32,000 nucleotides of DNA from Candidatus Iainarchaeum sp. (GCA_003559395.1 PWLL01000008.1:1-32000); one strand, 5' to 3'; counted from the stretch's first letter, positions 1 through 7,522 are shown. The notes: generated by a model not told the origin, from the letters alone. Made by a program: numbers and translations.

Positions 1-9
1 CACCTCCTT
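1..9 (-). promoter_or_regulatory. Shine-Dalgarno (minus strand AAGGAGGTG) for another minus-strand gene that starts just off the left edge
   Basis: Plus-strand CACCTCCTT at 1-9 is the reverse complement of AAGGAGGTG. It lies 20 nt downstream of the stop of the 30..506 gene. No start codon is visible inside the window. Confidence 0.4.
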
Positions 10-29
10 AATTTCACAAAGCTATACTT

Positions 30-506
30 TTACGTAGCCACCTTAAAACTGCTAATATAAGGTGTTTCTTTGCTTGTCTCGTCGTGCTGAAATATCACGA
101 TACTGGTTGGCGTTGGCGGGCTGCCAGCCTCTTGGCCAGTCTCAGGGTCGATAAATTTTACACGTTGGTCGATAAATCGTATCTCATATGCCTGCATCGC
201 ATATCGATGCCAGTATTCGGTGCTGGTCCGTGACGGTATAAGCATCACCGCCAAACAACCGCCACGGCTTTCCTGGTAAGCCTTTTTCGTCCATTTAATC
301 AGACTTCCCCTGCTGTAAGGCGGATTAACAAAAACCCTTTCACTCTGCCAGCTCTGCGCCAGACCATCTTCTTTTTTGGTGTAGTATTTAGTGCATTTGG
401 CATTTTTTTCTGTAGCTGCCGCGTCTAATGTGAAGTTAAACTCTTTATTTAAACGATTAAAGAGCCAGTCTGGTGTACGCCACTCGTCGTTAGCCATCGT
501 TATCAT
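30..506 (-). CDS. Phage Dam-family DNA N6-adenine methyltransferase (orphan; no cognate nuclease seen)
   Basis: 158-codon ORF. Motifs in order: WRTPDWLF, FTLDAAA, catalytic NPPY (nt 315-326), MLIPSRTSTEYW, RVKF. This order is typical of the small phage Dam family (Pfam Dam-like). The in-frame ATG at 497 has better SD spacing (GAAAGGGA) and may be the true start. Confidence 0.85.
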   Translation of the reverse strand: MITMANDEWRTPDWLFNRLNKEFNFTLDAAATEKNAKCTKYYTKKEDGLAQSWQSERVFVNPPYSRGSLIKWTKKAYQESRGGCLAVMLIPSRTSTEYWHRYAMQAYEIRFIDQRVKFIDPETGQEAGSPPTPTSIVIFQHDETSKETPYISSFKVAT

Positions 507-660
507 TCCCTTTCAAACTTTCTCCGGTCGCCTCTCCTGTTCCACCACACTCCTCGCAGGGTACCTTATCCGTTATTGGTTCATCGCCATTATAATAATA
601 TCCCTTCGGATTCAACATGATAAAAGTGTATCCTTTGCCATCACAATATTTACATTTCAT
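490..660 (-). CDS. Small DnaJ-type zinc-finger protein (two CxxCxGxG motifs)
   Basis: Contains CKYCDGKG and CEECGGTG, the repeat motif of the DnaJ cysteine-rich domain. The ORF-track start at 687 is a GTG. The ATG at 660 is preceded by GGGTGGGA about 10 nt upstream and leaves no overlap with the upstream gene (stop 684), so 490..660 (56 aa) is preferred. Confidence 0.6.
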   Translation of the reverse strand: MKCKYCDGKGYTFIMLNPKGYYYNGDEPITDKVPCEECGGTGEATGESLKGNDNDG

Positions 661-683
661 ATATTCCGCTTCCCACCCCTGTT

Positions 684-1034
684 TCACGTAATTAACCCGC
701 TGGATATTAATATAGTTTCGCCACCGAATTTTTCTTGCTTTAATACATACCTTTCTTTGTACTCATGCCCCGCGCTAATTAATTGACGTACAAGATGCCG
801 TGCTGACACGCCGGCAGAATCACTGCCGCTCTTATAATGTACTTGAAAGCCATCTTCTTTGGCAGCCTTAATTGCTACATGATTAGAACCCGGGTTAATC
901 CCCAGTTCAATTGTTTGAGGCTTGCCCAATAACCTCATAGCTGGGGCCGAAATATAGAAACCTGGATTATATTCTGTGATCTTAAAATAAACCTTTGGCC
1001 TTTGATAAAACGCAAATCCTTTCATCTCGCGCAT
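684..1034 (-). CDS. Hypothetical early protein (116 aa)
   Basis: ATG preceded by AAGGAGGG with 7-nt spacing. No motif I can name with confidence; a weak AbrB/SpoVT-like impression only. Confidence 0.6.
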   Translation of the reverse strand: MREMKGFAFYQRPKVYFKITEYNPGFYISAPAMRLLGKPQTIELGINPGSNHVAIKAAKEDGFQVHYKSGSDSAGVSARHLVRQLISAGHEYKERYVLKQEKFGGETILISSGLIT

Positions 1035-1207
1035 TTTATTGCCCTCCTTAGTTTTTTACTTTCCCCTCAAAATATTTCCCTCGACCACCACAATAAAGCC
1101 TTGCTTGCACGACCACGGGGATGGCCGGTTGCAGATAATGCCTAATTATGGGGGATTCACCTACCTTTCGTTTTTTTGTTTTTTTTAGTGGCAGCCGAGG
1201 AAAATCG

Positions 1208-1498
1208 TTATGCAAACTTCTCGGTGAAGGAACCACACAATCTATGGAAAGCTCGCTGAACCTCTTCTTCATCTTGAGCTGTGAGTTTTTTGGTTTGATC
1301 GTTTTCGTATTCTATGTTCTGCCTGCGTTTGCGACCCCCCTGGCGTTCGTTAGACGAAAGACCCTGATAGTTGCGCCATGAACAGATCGCCGAACGTGTT
1401 ACCCCGAGCTCCTTTGCTATTTCCATGTCAGACAGACCTTTAAGATATAGCTTGAACCGTTGATTATGTTCCACAACAGTGAGTTTTCTGCCTCTCAT
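1208..1498 (-). CDS. Helix-turn-helix DNA-binding protein (sigma-70 region 4 / HTH_23-like)
   Basis: GLSDMEIAKELGVTRSAICSWR is a classical HTH. The first ATG of the ORF (1519) overlaps a TATAAT hexamer. The ATG at 1498 has GGTGGTGA 7-8 nt upstream and is the likelier start. Confidence 0.65.
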   Translation of the reverse strand: MRGRKLTVVEHNQRFKLYLKGLSDMEIAKELGVTRSAICSWRNYQGLSSNERQGGRKRRQNIEYENDQTKKLTAQDEEEVQRAFHRLCGSFTEKFA

Positions 1499-1524
1499 AA
1501 GAACATCACCACCTAACATTATAC

Positions 1525-1649
1525 TTGATAATTATGGACAATCTGCCAAATTTTGCATTAAAGGGTAAAAAAATAAGTCTTAAATTTGACATCGTGATTG
1601 ATTATTATGGTTAAGTTTCCAAATTTTGCTGAGGAGATAAAAAAATAAG
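1525..1649. repeat. Two imperfect direct repeat units of about 52 nt (1525-1577 and 1598-1649, period 73 nt) in an intergenic region
   Basis: Both units read TTGAT(A/T)ATTATGG..CCAAATTTTGC..N9-10..AAAAAAATAAG on the plus strand. CCAAATTTTGC is at 1546-1556 and 1619-1629. AAAAAAATAAG is at 1567-1577 and 1639-1649. Confidence 0.6.
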
Positions 1650-1665
1650 CCCTGCTCATCAACTA

Positions 1666-2397
1666 TTACCAATCAAGCAGATCGGCATCAATATCTACAA
1701 GCATCGTATCTTTATCCCATAGCTTTATCGGGTGTCTACAAACATCAGTCTTGCCGTTAATAGCATGTAATTCCTCATATGCGTTTTTCGACGTTATTTT
1801 TGCATTAGACGTTACGTTAAAAGACACCTTGTGATTATTTCCTCGTTCAATTGTCATGATTTTGTCCTGCTTGTCAATAATTAAATCCACATAATCTATA
1901 TTATGGTCGCGTAATATCCTTGTCGTCTCTGAGGAGAACCTCATATCATATACCTGCAAATAAGAGTCAAATAAACGCTGATAAGAAACAGAAAGATAAT
2001 TTTGCTTCGAGTTAATGCGGGAGCGGGCGGATGGTCTTATCTTTGATAAACGCGATTTTGTTTTGGCGTCTTTCTTATCGTGTTTATTTTTGCCGTCCAG
2101 GAACTTCTTACATTTTTTACAGGTTATTTCACTTGCTCGATCAAAACTCGTTATTTCTACAGGGATTTTTAAGCGTTTGATCCTAACGAATTGTTGTCCA
2201 TTGTCTTGTTCGGTCAAGCTGCGCATTAATCCGCAGGCTGGTTTATATCCAACAAACCCATCCTGCTTCACGCCAATATGTGTTCCATGAGTCGCAGGAT
2301 GTTTCATCATGACCAATTCGCTGTCAAGCTCAGTCTCAGTCCCTTCTGGTTCACGGTTAAATAAGTCTTTAATAAAACTAATAAAAACGGTAATCAT
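1666..2397 (-). CDS. Hypothetical early protein (243 aa), Lys/Arg-rich central segment
   Basis: Long ORF in the operon frame pattern with GAGGGGG immediately upstream of the ATG. No recognisable motif. Confidence 0.6.
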   Translation of the reverse strand: MITVFISFIKDLFNREPEGTETELDSELVMMKHPATHGTHIGVKQDGFVGYKPACGLMRSLTEQDNGQQFVRIKRLKIPVEITSFDRASEITCKKCKKFLDGKNKHDKKDAKTKSRLSKIRPSARSRINSKQNYLSVSYQRLFDSYLQVYDMRFSSETTRILRDHNIDYVDLIIDKQDKIMTIERGNNHKVSFNVTSNAKITSKNAYEELHAINGKTDVCRHPIKLWDKDTMLVDIDADLLDW

Positions 2398-2411
2398 CCC
2401 CCTCGCTTTTT

Positions 2412-2792
2412 TTAAAAAGGAAGCTCATCTTCATCTTGATCCGCATACGCGTTTCCCTCGCTGGCATTACTATCCTTCGGCCAGTCTAGGAAACGGACGT
2501 TATCAGCGTTCACCTTGACCCTGGACCTTTTACCTTCATCCGTCTCCCACCGGTCCTGCTGTAGACTCCCGGATATCGCTACAAGCCGCCCTTTGCCCAG
2601 ATGATTATCGCAGGTTTCGGCCAGCTTACGCCAGACAACGATATCAAAGAAGTCTACTTCCTTTTCTCCTGCCTGGTTTTTATATGGTCGTTCAACAGCC
2701 AGAGAAAAGTTAGCTACGGCATGACCACCTGGAGTATATCGTAACTTAGGATCTGCAGTCAGCCTGCCAATAAGAACAACTGTATTCAACAT
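2412..2792 (-). CDS. ssb: Single-stranded DNA-binding protein
   Basis: MLNTVVLIGRLTADPKLRYTPGG...FSLAV...DFFDIVVWRKLAE is a canonical OB-fold SSB N-terminus. The acidic C-terminal tip is DEDELPF. The ATG at 2792 has AAGGTGG 7 nt upstream; the ORF-track start at 2804 is a GTG. Confidence 0.9.
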   Translation of the reverse strand: MLNTVVLIGRLTADPKLRYTPGGHAVANFSLAVERPYKNQAGEKEVDFFDIVVWRKLAETCDNHLGKGRLVAISGSLQQDRWETDEGKRSRVKVNADNVRFLDWPKDSNASEGNAYADQDEDELPF

Positions 2793-2812
2793 GTTCAACA
2801 CCACCTTGTTTT

Positions 2813-3514
2813 CTAGTGAACGTAAACCGGTATCCCTGTAAGTTCCTGTACTTCTTTCTTGAATCTAACAGGGTCAGCATTACTCACACTCAAATGAACT
2901 AAATGTATCTGTTCCACCCTGCTTAGATCATTGGCCCTCAAGAACTCCTTTGCTGTTTCCAGCCCCATATGCGTCTTTATTACCCGGCTTTTATATGCCC
3001 TGTCTATCACCCCTTCCTTTACGTTTTCCATAAGAATATCGCGGCTGTAGTTCGTTTCCAGCAGAAGGAAGGTAAGCCCTTCAAAAGTATACCTGCTGTA
3101 CATACTATCGGTAATATATATACCCTTATCGCCGTACTTACTCGCCAGCAGGAACCCCACACTACCCGGTATGTGCTGGGTTGGGAACGGGAGGACGGCC
3201 CACGAACCCACTACCACCTCCTGCATAGGCTTTAAAACGCGTTTCCTATGGCCGTCCAACCCTAACCCTTCCCATGTCTCTTCCGTGGCGTAGGTGTCTA
3301 TCCCGGCCCGCAAAACCTTATCTGCTGACTTAGTATGATCTCCGTGTCCGTGAGTCAGGAGACAGGCTGCCACTTCTGACAGCCTGAAGTTAAGTTTCTC
3401 CTTAATCTCCTGAATTCGTATTCCTGCGTCCAGCAGGAGAACAGTTTCTCCATCAGAGAGCCAGACGGCATTCCCCTCACTCCCGCTGGAGAGGACCTTG
3501 ATTTCAACTGTCAT
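2813..3514 (-). CDS. Metallo-beta-lactamase-fold hydrolase (phage recombination-module type)
   Basis: HGHGDH (HxHxDH) motif, with D and H residues downstream. Start overlaps the RecT stop (TAATG). It sits between recT and ssb, as in many Firmicutes phages. Confidence 0.8.
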   Translation of the reverse strand: MTVEIKVLSSGSEGNAVWLSDGETVLLLDAGIRIQEIKEKLNFRLSEVAACLLTHGHGDHTKSADKVLRAGIDTYATEETWEGLGLDGHRKRVLKPMQEVVVGSWAVLPFPTQHIPGSVGFLLASKYGDKGIYITDSMYSRYTFEGLTFLLLETNYSRDILMENVKEGVIDRAYKSRVIKTHMGLETAKEFLRANDLSRVEQIHLVHLSVSNADPVRFKKEVQELTGIPVYVH

Positions 3515-4365
3515 TAAAAGTCAGGCTCCATAGTAGACTGCGCACCCGTCGCTGTGGCTTCGGGTTCAGGAGTTGGTTCTGGCTCTGGCTTTTCTTGCTC
3601 TTCGTTTACGCTATTGGTTTCTTCGTACTCAACATCTATAGTTTCGGCGTTGGCCTCGGCGTCTATCTCTTCCTGTACTGCACTTTCTTCGTTAAAGTCC
3701 TCGTCTTTGGTAAGGGCAGCTGTCATTTCGGTGGAGAGATACCCGTAGGTGCCAAGCAATCTTCTCATACAGGTTTTCATAGCCATCTGATCAAAGTTTG
3801 TATGCCATGCACTGGATTTACTCTTATATGAAGCGCTATACCTTTTTGCGTGTGCAACAATCTCTTCCTTTGTCATATATAACGTCTTTGAAAACCCGTT
3901 CAGAAGTTCCATATAAGCGAAATATCCCTGCGCCTGGTCGCTTTCGGGTTCTCCTTCAAAACTAATCTCGCCGGTAAGAAGGTCTTTCTTTATTTCTACT
4001 CCTTCAGGGACTATATCCGCGTTCAGATGTCGATACTGACCGGTCCGCATGGCAAGCTGTATATACCCTTTGTATCCACACTGGAACTGTGGCTTACCCT
4101 TGTATGGCACGATATAAGCGAATCCTAGCTGTTTATTGATTGGCAGTTTTAGTGTGGCCGCCTTGAGTGCTTCCATAACCACCTCGCCAGGGTCACACTG
4201 CTGCAAGTAATTATCGGAACTATACAGATCAATTACCGAGGCAACGAAGGCCCCCTTGTTTTCATCCAGAGCGTTTTCAAACTGACGTTGAACACTATCA
4301 GCATTTAATACTTTCTTGAGCTTATTAATCCGCTTTTTTGCCAGTGCCGGTGCATTTTTAGCCAT
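3514..4365 (-). CDS. recT: RecT-family single-strand annealing protein with a long acidic C-terminal tail
   Basis: FVASVIDLY...QCDP.SV..AL..AA.L.LPINK.LG.AYIVPY...QFQ.GYKGYIQLAMRTGQY matches the RecT core pattern. The last 70 aa or so are Glu/Pro-rich and end in MEPDF. Confidence 0.85.
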   Translation of the reverse strand: MAKNAPALAKKRINKLKKVLNADSVQRQFENALDENKGAFVASVIDLYSSDNYLQQCDPGEVVMEALKAATLKLPINKQLGFAYIVPYKGKPQFQCGYKGYIQLAMRTGQYRHLNADIVPEGVEIKKDLLTGEISFEGEPESDQAQGYFAYMELLNGFSKTLYMTKEEIVAHAKRYSASYKSKSSAWHTNFDQMAMKTCMRRLLGTYGYLSTEMTAALTKDEDFNEESAVQEEIDAEANAETIDVEYEETNSVNEEQEKPEPEPTPEPEATATGAQSTMEPDF

Positions 4366-4367
4366 GG

Positions 4368-6332
4368 TTAAACAGCCTCCTCATTGGATATTTCTTGTCT
4401 TTCCACTCTTAACTCCTTATCGTCCTCGCTTACCACCAGATGTATCTGCTGTCCGGTGGTCGGGATAATATCCGTAACACTCTCTGAGTTATCAATCCAG
4501 ATCGGCGGGTGGAACCCATAGTGTTCAGCAAGGGTCTCTATAATATCCAGGCCCACATTAATCTTACCCCCATTGTTAAGGTTTGTATTATATGGAACCC
4601 CTTCGTAGGTGGTCTCACAACAGGGTTTTAGGCCACCGTTCACCTGTTCTTCAAAGAGCTTGAATTTTGCCAGCCGGAATTTGGAGTTAATCTTCTCATT
4701 CAGCATCTGTACTTTAGTCCGGGTAAACTCTTCCAACAGATACATTTGACGTTCCAGTTTCTCATACTCTTTGGCCAGTTTTTCTTCTTTCGTTTGCAGT
4801 TCTTCAATGCGCTTTTTGCCGATCTCATACTGCTCAATGCGGGCCAACAGCATTTCAAATTTTTCAATTTCTTTTTCGTATGACTGAATATCCTGCTGGA
4901 TAGGTTCCTTATCCACCTGGGTTCCTGACTTCAGACTCTCAATTTCTGCTTGTATCGCTTCCTTTTCAGCCAGCTTTTCCTGGTATTCAGAGTCGCTTTC
5001 TATACTGCTTTCTTCTTTCTGTATAGCTTCCAGTTCAGATTGAGCCTGGGCCAGCGTTTCATTATGGAGCAAGAGCCTTTCATTGTTGGCTGCTATGTCG
5101 GCCTCGGTTGTCTTTTTTTGTCCTTTGAGTTCTGCTATCTGAGCTTTAAGGGATTTACCTTCTGTGTTAATTTTTTCTAGCTTTTCTGATTTTTTGAGAT
5201 TAAACTTCTTTTCCGCTTTAGCAATCTGCTCTTGTGGTAGCTGCTGGCCACAGGTGGGGCAGGCGCCTTCACTATCGAAATTTTCGTTAGCCTTTGCCAT
5301 GAATTCTTTTCGCAGAGCGTCACACTGACTTTCCAACCGTTCTATTTTCCGGTCATGTTCGGCCAGTTCACTATTGAGTTTCCTGTTTTCGTAATTCAGA
5401 GTTTCTATGTTATCCTGAACTTTTCTGATCTCGACCTTCTTTTTCATAGCCAGCCCAGAAAAACGCTCATAGCGTGCGTTTTTGATAGCCAAAAGCTCCG
5501 AATCTACCTGTTGGAGCTTATTGTTCATTTCGGACATACCACCATCGGAGCTGATGGCCGCAAGTTCATTATTTTTTTCCTGAATCTTGTCTTTGCGGTA
5601 ACGTATCTTTCTGCGGATAGAGTCTTCATCTAGATCCTGGGGATCATCCGGCAGTGATTGATTCACTTCGTCGATCCGAACCGGGATCCGGTCTAACTCT
5701 TGGTTGATTTTTTTCTGTTGGGATTTGATAACTTTGCGATGTTCTTCAATGCTGCGTTCGGATAGGATATCTTGTAGGTCGGATAGGTCGTTGTTAGAGG
5801 CGATAACTTCTTCATCTGATACATTGCCACAGACATCTAGCAACGTCTCGCGGCGTTCCTCCCAGTGGATCTGCTCATTAAAGTAGGTAGGATTGGTGAG
5901 CAGTTTGAAAATATCTTCGTCTGCAATCTTGTCAATCTTAGCCGTGTATTCTGCCTTGTTGACCGGTACACCATTAATGAAATGGTCAGTGGTATGGCCG
6001 GAAAATGTCTTTTGGGCCGATCCACGTTTTTTAACCCATTTCTCTTTATATATCTTCCGGAGTTCAACCTTCTTGCCATTTGCAAGCTCAAGAGTCATTT
6101 CGGCTTCGTGCTCTAGGCCGTGCAGGGATTCTCCGTTTTCTTTGAGTGTTTTGATCTCAAACTGGGTCTGGTCCTGGCTGTCCTTGTCGAATAAAATCCA
6201 GGTAAAGGCATCATTTAATGTTGTTTTCCCGGTTTCGTTATCACCGTAGATTTTAATATCCCGGCCCTGTAAATCTAGTTCAAAAGACTCTAGCCCCTTA
6301 AAATGTCGTAACCTCAATCTTAACAACTGCAT
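4368..6332 (-). CDS. SbcC/Rad50-like AAA ATPase with coiled coil and CxxC zinc hook
   Basis: Walker A GDNETGKTT (nt 6219-6245). A coiled-coil region of about 400 aa is interrupted by CPTCGQQL (nt 5250-5261). C-terminal PIWIDNSESV is Walker B/D-loop-like. AAGAGGTG SD upstream. Confidence 0.8.
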   Translation of the reverse strand: MQLLRLRLRHFKGLESFELDLQGRDIKIYGDNETGKTTLNDAFTWILFDKDSQDQTQFEIKTLKENGESLHGLEHEAEMTLELANGKKVELRKIYKEKWVKKRGSAQKTFSGHTTDHFINGVPVNKAEYTAKIDKIADEDIFKLLTNPTYFNEQIHWEERRETLLDVCGNVSDEEVIASNNDLSDLQDILSERSIEEHRKVIKSQQKKINQELDRIPVRIDEVNQSLPDDPQDLDEDSIRRKIRYRKDKIQEKNNELAAISSDGGMSEMNNKLQQVDSELLAIKNARYERFSGLAMKKKVEIRKVQDNIETLNYENRKLNSELAEHDRKIERLESQCDALRKEFMAKANENFDSEGACPTCGQQLPQEQIAKAEKKFNLKKSEKLEKINTEGKSLKAQIAELKGQKKTTEADIAANNERLLLHNETLAQAQSELEAIQKEESSIESDSEYQEKLAEKEAIQAEIESLKSGTQVDKEPIQQDIQSYEKEIEKFEMLLARIEQYEIGKKRIEELQTKEEKLAKEYEKLERQMYLLEEFTRTKVQMLNEKINSKFRLAKFKLFEEQVNGGLKPCCETTYEGVPYNTNLNNGGKINVGLDIIETLAEHYGFHPPIWIDNSESVTDIIPTTGQQIHLVVSEDDKELRVERQEISNEEAV

Positions 6333-6347
6333 TTCGACACCTCTTTG

Positions 6348-6356
6348 TGGTATAAT
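6348..6356 (+). promoter_or_regulatory. Extended -10 promoter-like element TGGTATAAT on the plus (antisense) strand
   Basis: Exact TGnTATAAT at 6348-6356 on the plus strand. No properly spaced -35. It lies about 25 nt upstream of a plus-strand-oriented hairpin plus T-run. Confidence 0.3.
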
Positions 6357-6374
6357 AAAACCAAATATACTCTT

Positions 6375-6578
6375 CTACGCGCCCGTCTTAGCGGGCGTTT
6401 TTTCTTTTCCCATCTCCTGCCCTACCATTTTCAACGCTATCTTCGCTTCCGTTTCAATAATTTTCAGAGTTGCTGATGTTCCATTCTCCTTCTCTTCGAT
6501 ATCCTTCCTGGCCAGTCTCTGAATGTCTTTTAGACTTCCTTCGATAAGCCATAAGCTCACGGTAACGCCTCCTCTCAT
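6375..6578 (-). CDS. Small hypothetical helical protein (61-67 aa)
   Basis: The amino-acid composition looks protein-like (LKDIQRLARKDIEEKENG...). GAGGAGG is followed 7 nt later by an in-frame GTG at 6560, the likelier start. It overlaps 6454..6669 in another frame, so only one of the two may be real. Confidence 0.4.
   Translation of the reverse strand: MRGGVTVSLWLIEGSLKDIQRLARKDIEEKENGTSATLKIIETEAKIALKMVGQEMGKEKTPAKTGA
6380..6403 (+). terminator. Intrinsic-terminator-like hairpin oriented for the plus strand
   Basis: CGCCCG (6380-6385), 6-nt loop, CGGGCG (6392-6397), followed by TTTTTTCTTTT on the plus strand. On the minus-strand RNA the stem is preceded by an A-run and not followed by U's. 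Confidence 0.45.
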
Positions 6579-6669
6579 CCTGGACAGTCATCATAGCGAG
6601 TTTGGTGGTTACTGTGGCAAGAAGTATCTGTACAGCCCGTGTTGCAATTATTGTCCAGTCCCAGCCCAT
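6454..6669 (-). CDS. Small hypothetical protein with N-terminal hydrophobic helix
   Basis: ATG with GAGGAGG 10 nt upstream. The N-terminus WDWTIIATRAVQILLATVTTKLAMM is TM-like. The Arg-rich C-terminal half looks like out-of-frame translation of 6375..6578. Confidence 0.35.
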   Translation of the reverse strand: MGWDWTIIATRAVQILLATVTTKLAMMTVQDERRRYRELMAYRRKSKRHSETGQEGYRREGEWNISNSENY

Positions 6670-6884
6670 ACCGCTTTTGCCTCCTCATAACAGTCGGCGT
6701 GGTAAGCTCCATCGTAGTCGGTGTAAATTGCTTCGTCGTGCTGTTCAATGTAATCCCCGCACCACTCGCACTCTTCCAGATCGGGCTCTTTCATGCAAAT
6801 ACAGGGAGAGATCGGAAGCCCATCTTCTAACCCGACGTCATGACCGCAGTCTGGACATATAAAGTTACGATAGACTTCACTCAC
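6648..6884 (-). CDS. Cys-rich zinc-ribbon-like small protein
   Basis: CPDC...CIC...CEWC...H..C pattern. AAAGGAGG upstream. The GTG at 6884 has the best spacing; the ORF track gives 6893. Confidence 0.55.
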   Translation of the reverse strand: MSEVYRNFICPDCGHDVGLEDGLPISPCICMKEPDLEECEWCGDYIEQHDEAIYTDYDGAYHADCYEEAKAVWAGTGQ

Positions 6885-7050
6885 TATCAACACCTCCTTT
6901 CTTATCCTTATATATCTCGACGTATCTGCTCAAGATGGTGTCTATGGCCTCTGACGGAAAACACTTCTCTTTCTCTGCAATTTGAGAAATGTTTTCATGA
7001 ACACTTTTTTTAATGTTTACCTGAACGAATCTCGGTGGCATCCCGGCCAT
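6877..7050 (-). CDS. Small ribbon-helix-helix-like protein
   Basis: The ATG at 7050 follows AAAGGAGG by 6-7 nt; the ORF-track start at 7068 is a TTG. RFVQVNIKK (beta strand) followed by two predicted helices resembles the Arc/CopG fold. This is a pattern-level call only. Confidence 0.45.
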   Translation of the reverse strand: MAGMPPRFVQVNIKKSVHENISQIAEKEKCFPSEAIDTILSRYVEIYKDKKGGVDSE

Positions 7051-7081
7051 CGGTGCTCCTCCTTTCAATTCAGTAGATTTT

Positions 7082-7312
7082 TTATTGTTTACGCCGTAAC
7101 CTATCCTTAAAAAAAACTTCTTCTATTGGTAGGTTGAATATATCAGCTATTTTTTTTGCTTCTGATAGAGTAAACTCAGCTTGGTTCGTTTCTTTTCTGC
7201 TATAAGTTTGTTTGACTATGCCGAGCTTCTTGGCCATTTCATCTTGCACTATTGAGCGTTCAATACGCAGCGCTCGTAGTCTATTGGTATTAATTTCAAC
7301 CAACGCATTCAA
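7082..7312 (-). CDS. XRE-family (Cro/CI-type) HTH transcriptional regulator, first gene of the early operon
   Basis: LRALRIERSIVQDEMAKKLGIVKQTYSRKETNQAEFTLSEAKKIADIFNLPIEEVF is a typical HTH_3 domain. The start is a TTG (7312 or 7303) after AAAGGAG. Confidence 0.8.
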   Translation of the reverse strand: MNALVEINTNRLRALRIERSIVQDEMAKKLGIVKQTYSRKETNQAEFTLSEAKKIADIFNLPIEEVFFKDRLRRKQ

Positions 7313-7334
7313 CTCCTTTCTGTTAATTTGTTAT

Positions 7335-7363
7335 ATTATAGTATAAAAACACTATGAAGTCAA
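7335..7363 (-). promoter_or_regulatory. Near-consensus sigma-A/sigma-70 promoter driving the early (leftward) operon
   Basis: The minus strand reads TTGACT (7358-7363), a 17-nt spacer, then TATAAT (7335-7340). This is about 25 nt upstream of the SD of the XRE gene. Confidence 0.65.
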
Positions 7364-7440
7364 GGCTTTTTTTAACTAAATTAAATAATATATGGTTTAG
7401 ATCATGGTTTGTGTTAATCAGGATCGTATCATATGCTCCT

Positions 7441-7500
7441 AAAAGACAAAAGACAACCCCAAAAAACAAAAGATAACCCTAAAAGTCAAACAAAAAAACC
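7441..7500. repeat. Three tandem 20-nt A-tract repeats
   Basis: AAAAGACAAAAGACAACCCC / AAAAAACAAAAGATAACCCT / AAAAGTCAAACAAAAAAACC. Units 1 and 2 match at 17/20; units 1 and 3 match at 14/20. The A-runs recur at about 10-nt average phasing. Confidence 0.6.
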
Positions 7501-7522
7501 GCCAGTCATATAAACTGGCGGC
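7492..7522 (-). terminator. Rho-independent terminator ending the late operon
   Basis: The minus-strand RNA reads CCGCCAGU-UUAUAUG-ACUGGCGG, an 8-bp stem (7499-7506 / 7514-7521), followed by UUUUUUU (7492-7498). Confidence 0.8.

Noticed and set aside
1048-1272. 74-aa basic ORF bridging the 1035-1207 gap
   Set aside because: It has no SD and overlaps the HTH gene by 65 nt in another frame. Its Lys-rich stretch is simply the translation of an A-run. It is probably non-coding, though the 170-nt gap remains unexplained.
6375-6669. Possible programmed frameshift joining 6454..6669 and 6375..6578
   Set aside because: The N-terminal half of one frame and the whole of the other look protein-like. 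However, there is no slippery heptamer, and an internal GAGGAGG-N7-GTG offers a simpler two-gene explanation. Both were reported as low-confidence CDSs instead.
7082-7363. XRE gene plus promoter as a lysogeny (CI/Cro) switch implying a temperate phage or prophage
   Set aside because: The window has no divergent promoter or gene, no integrase or excisionase, and no att-like repeats. The XRE gene is simply the first cistron of the early operon, so lifestyle cannot be inferred.
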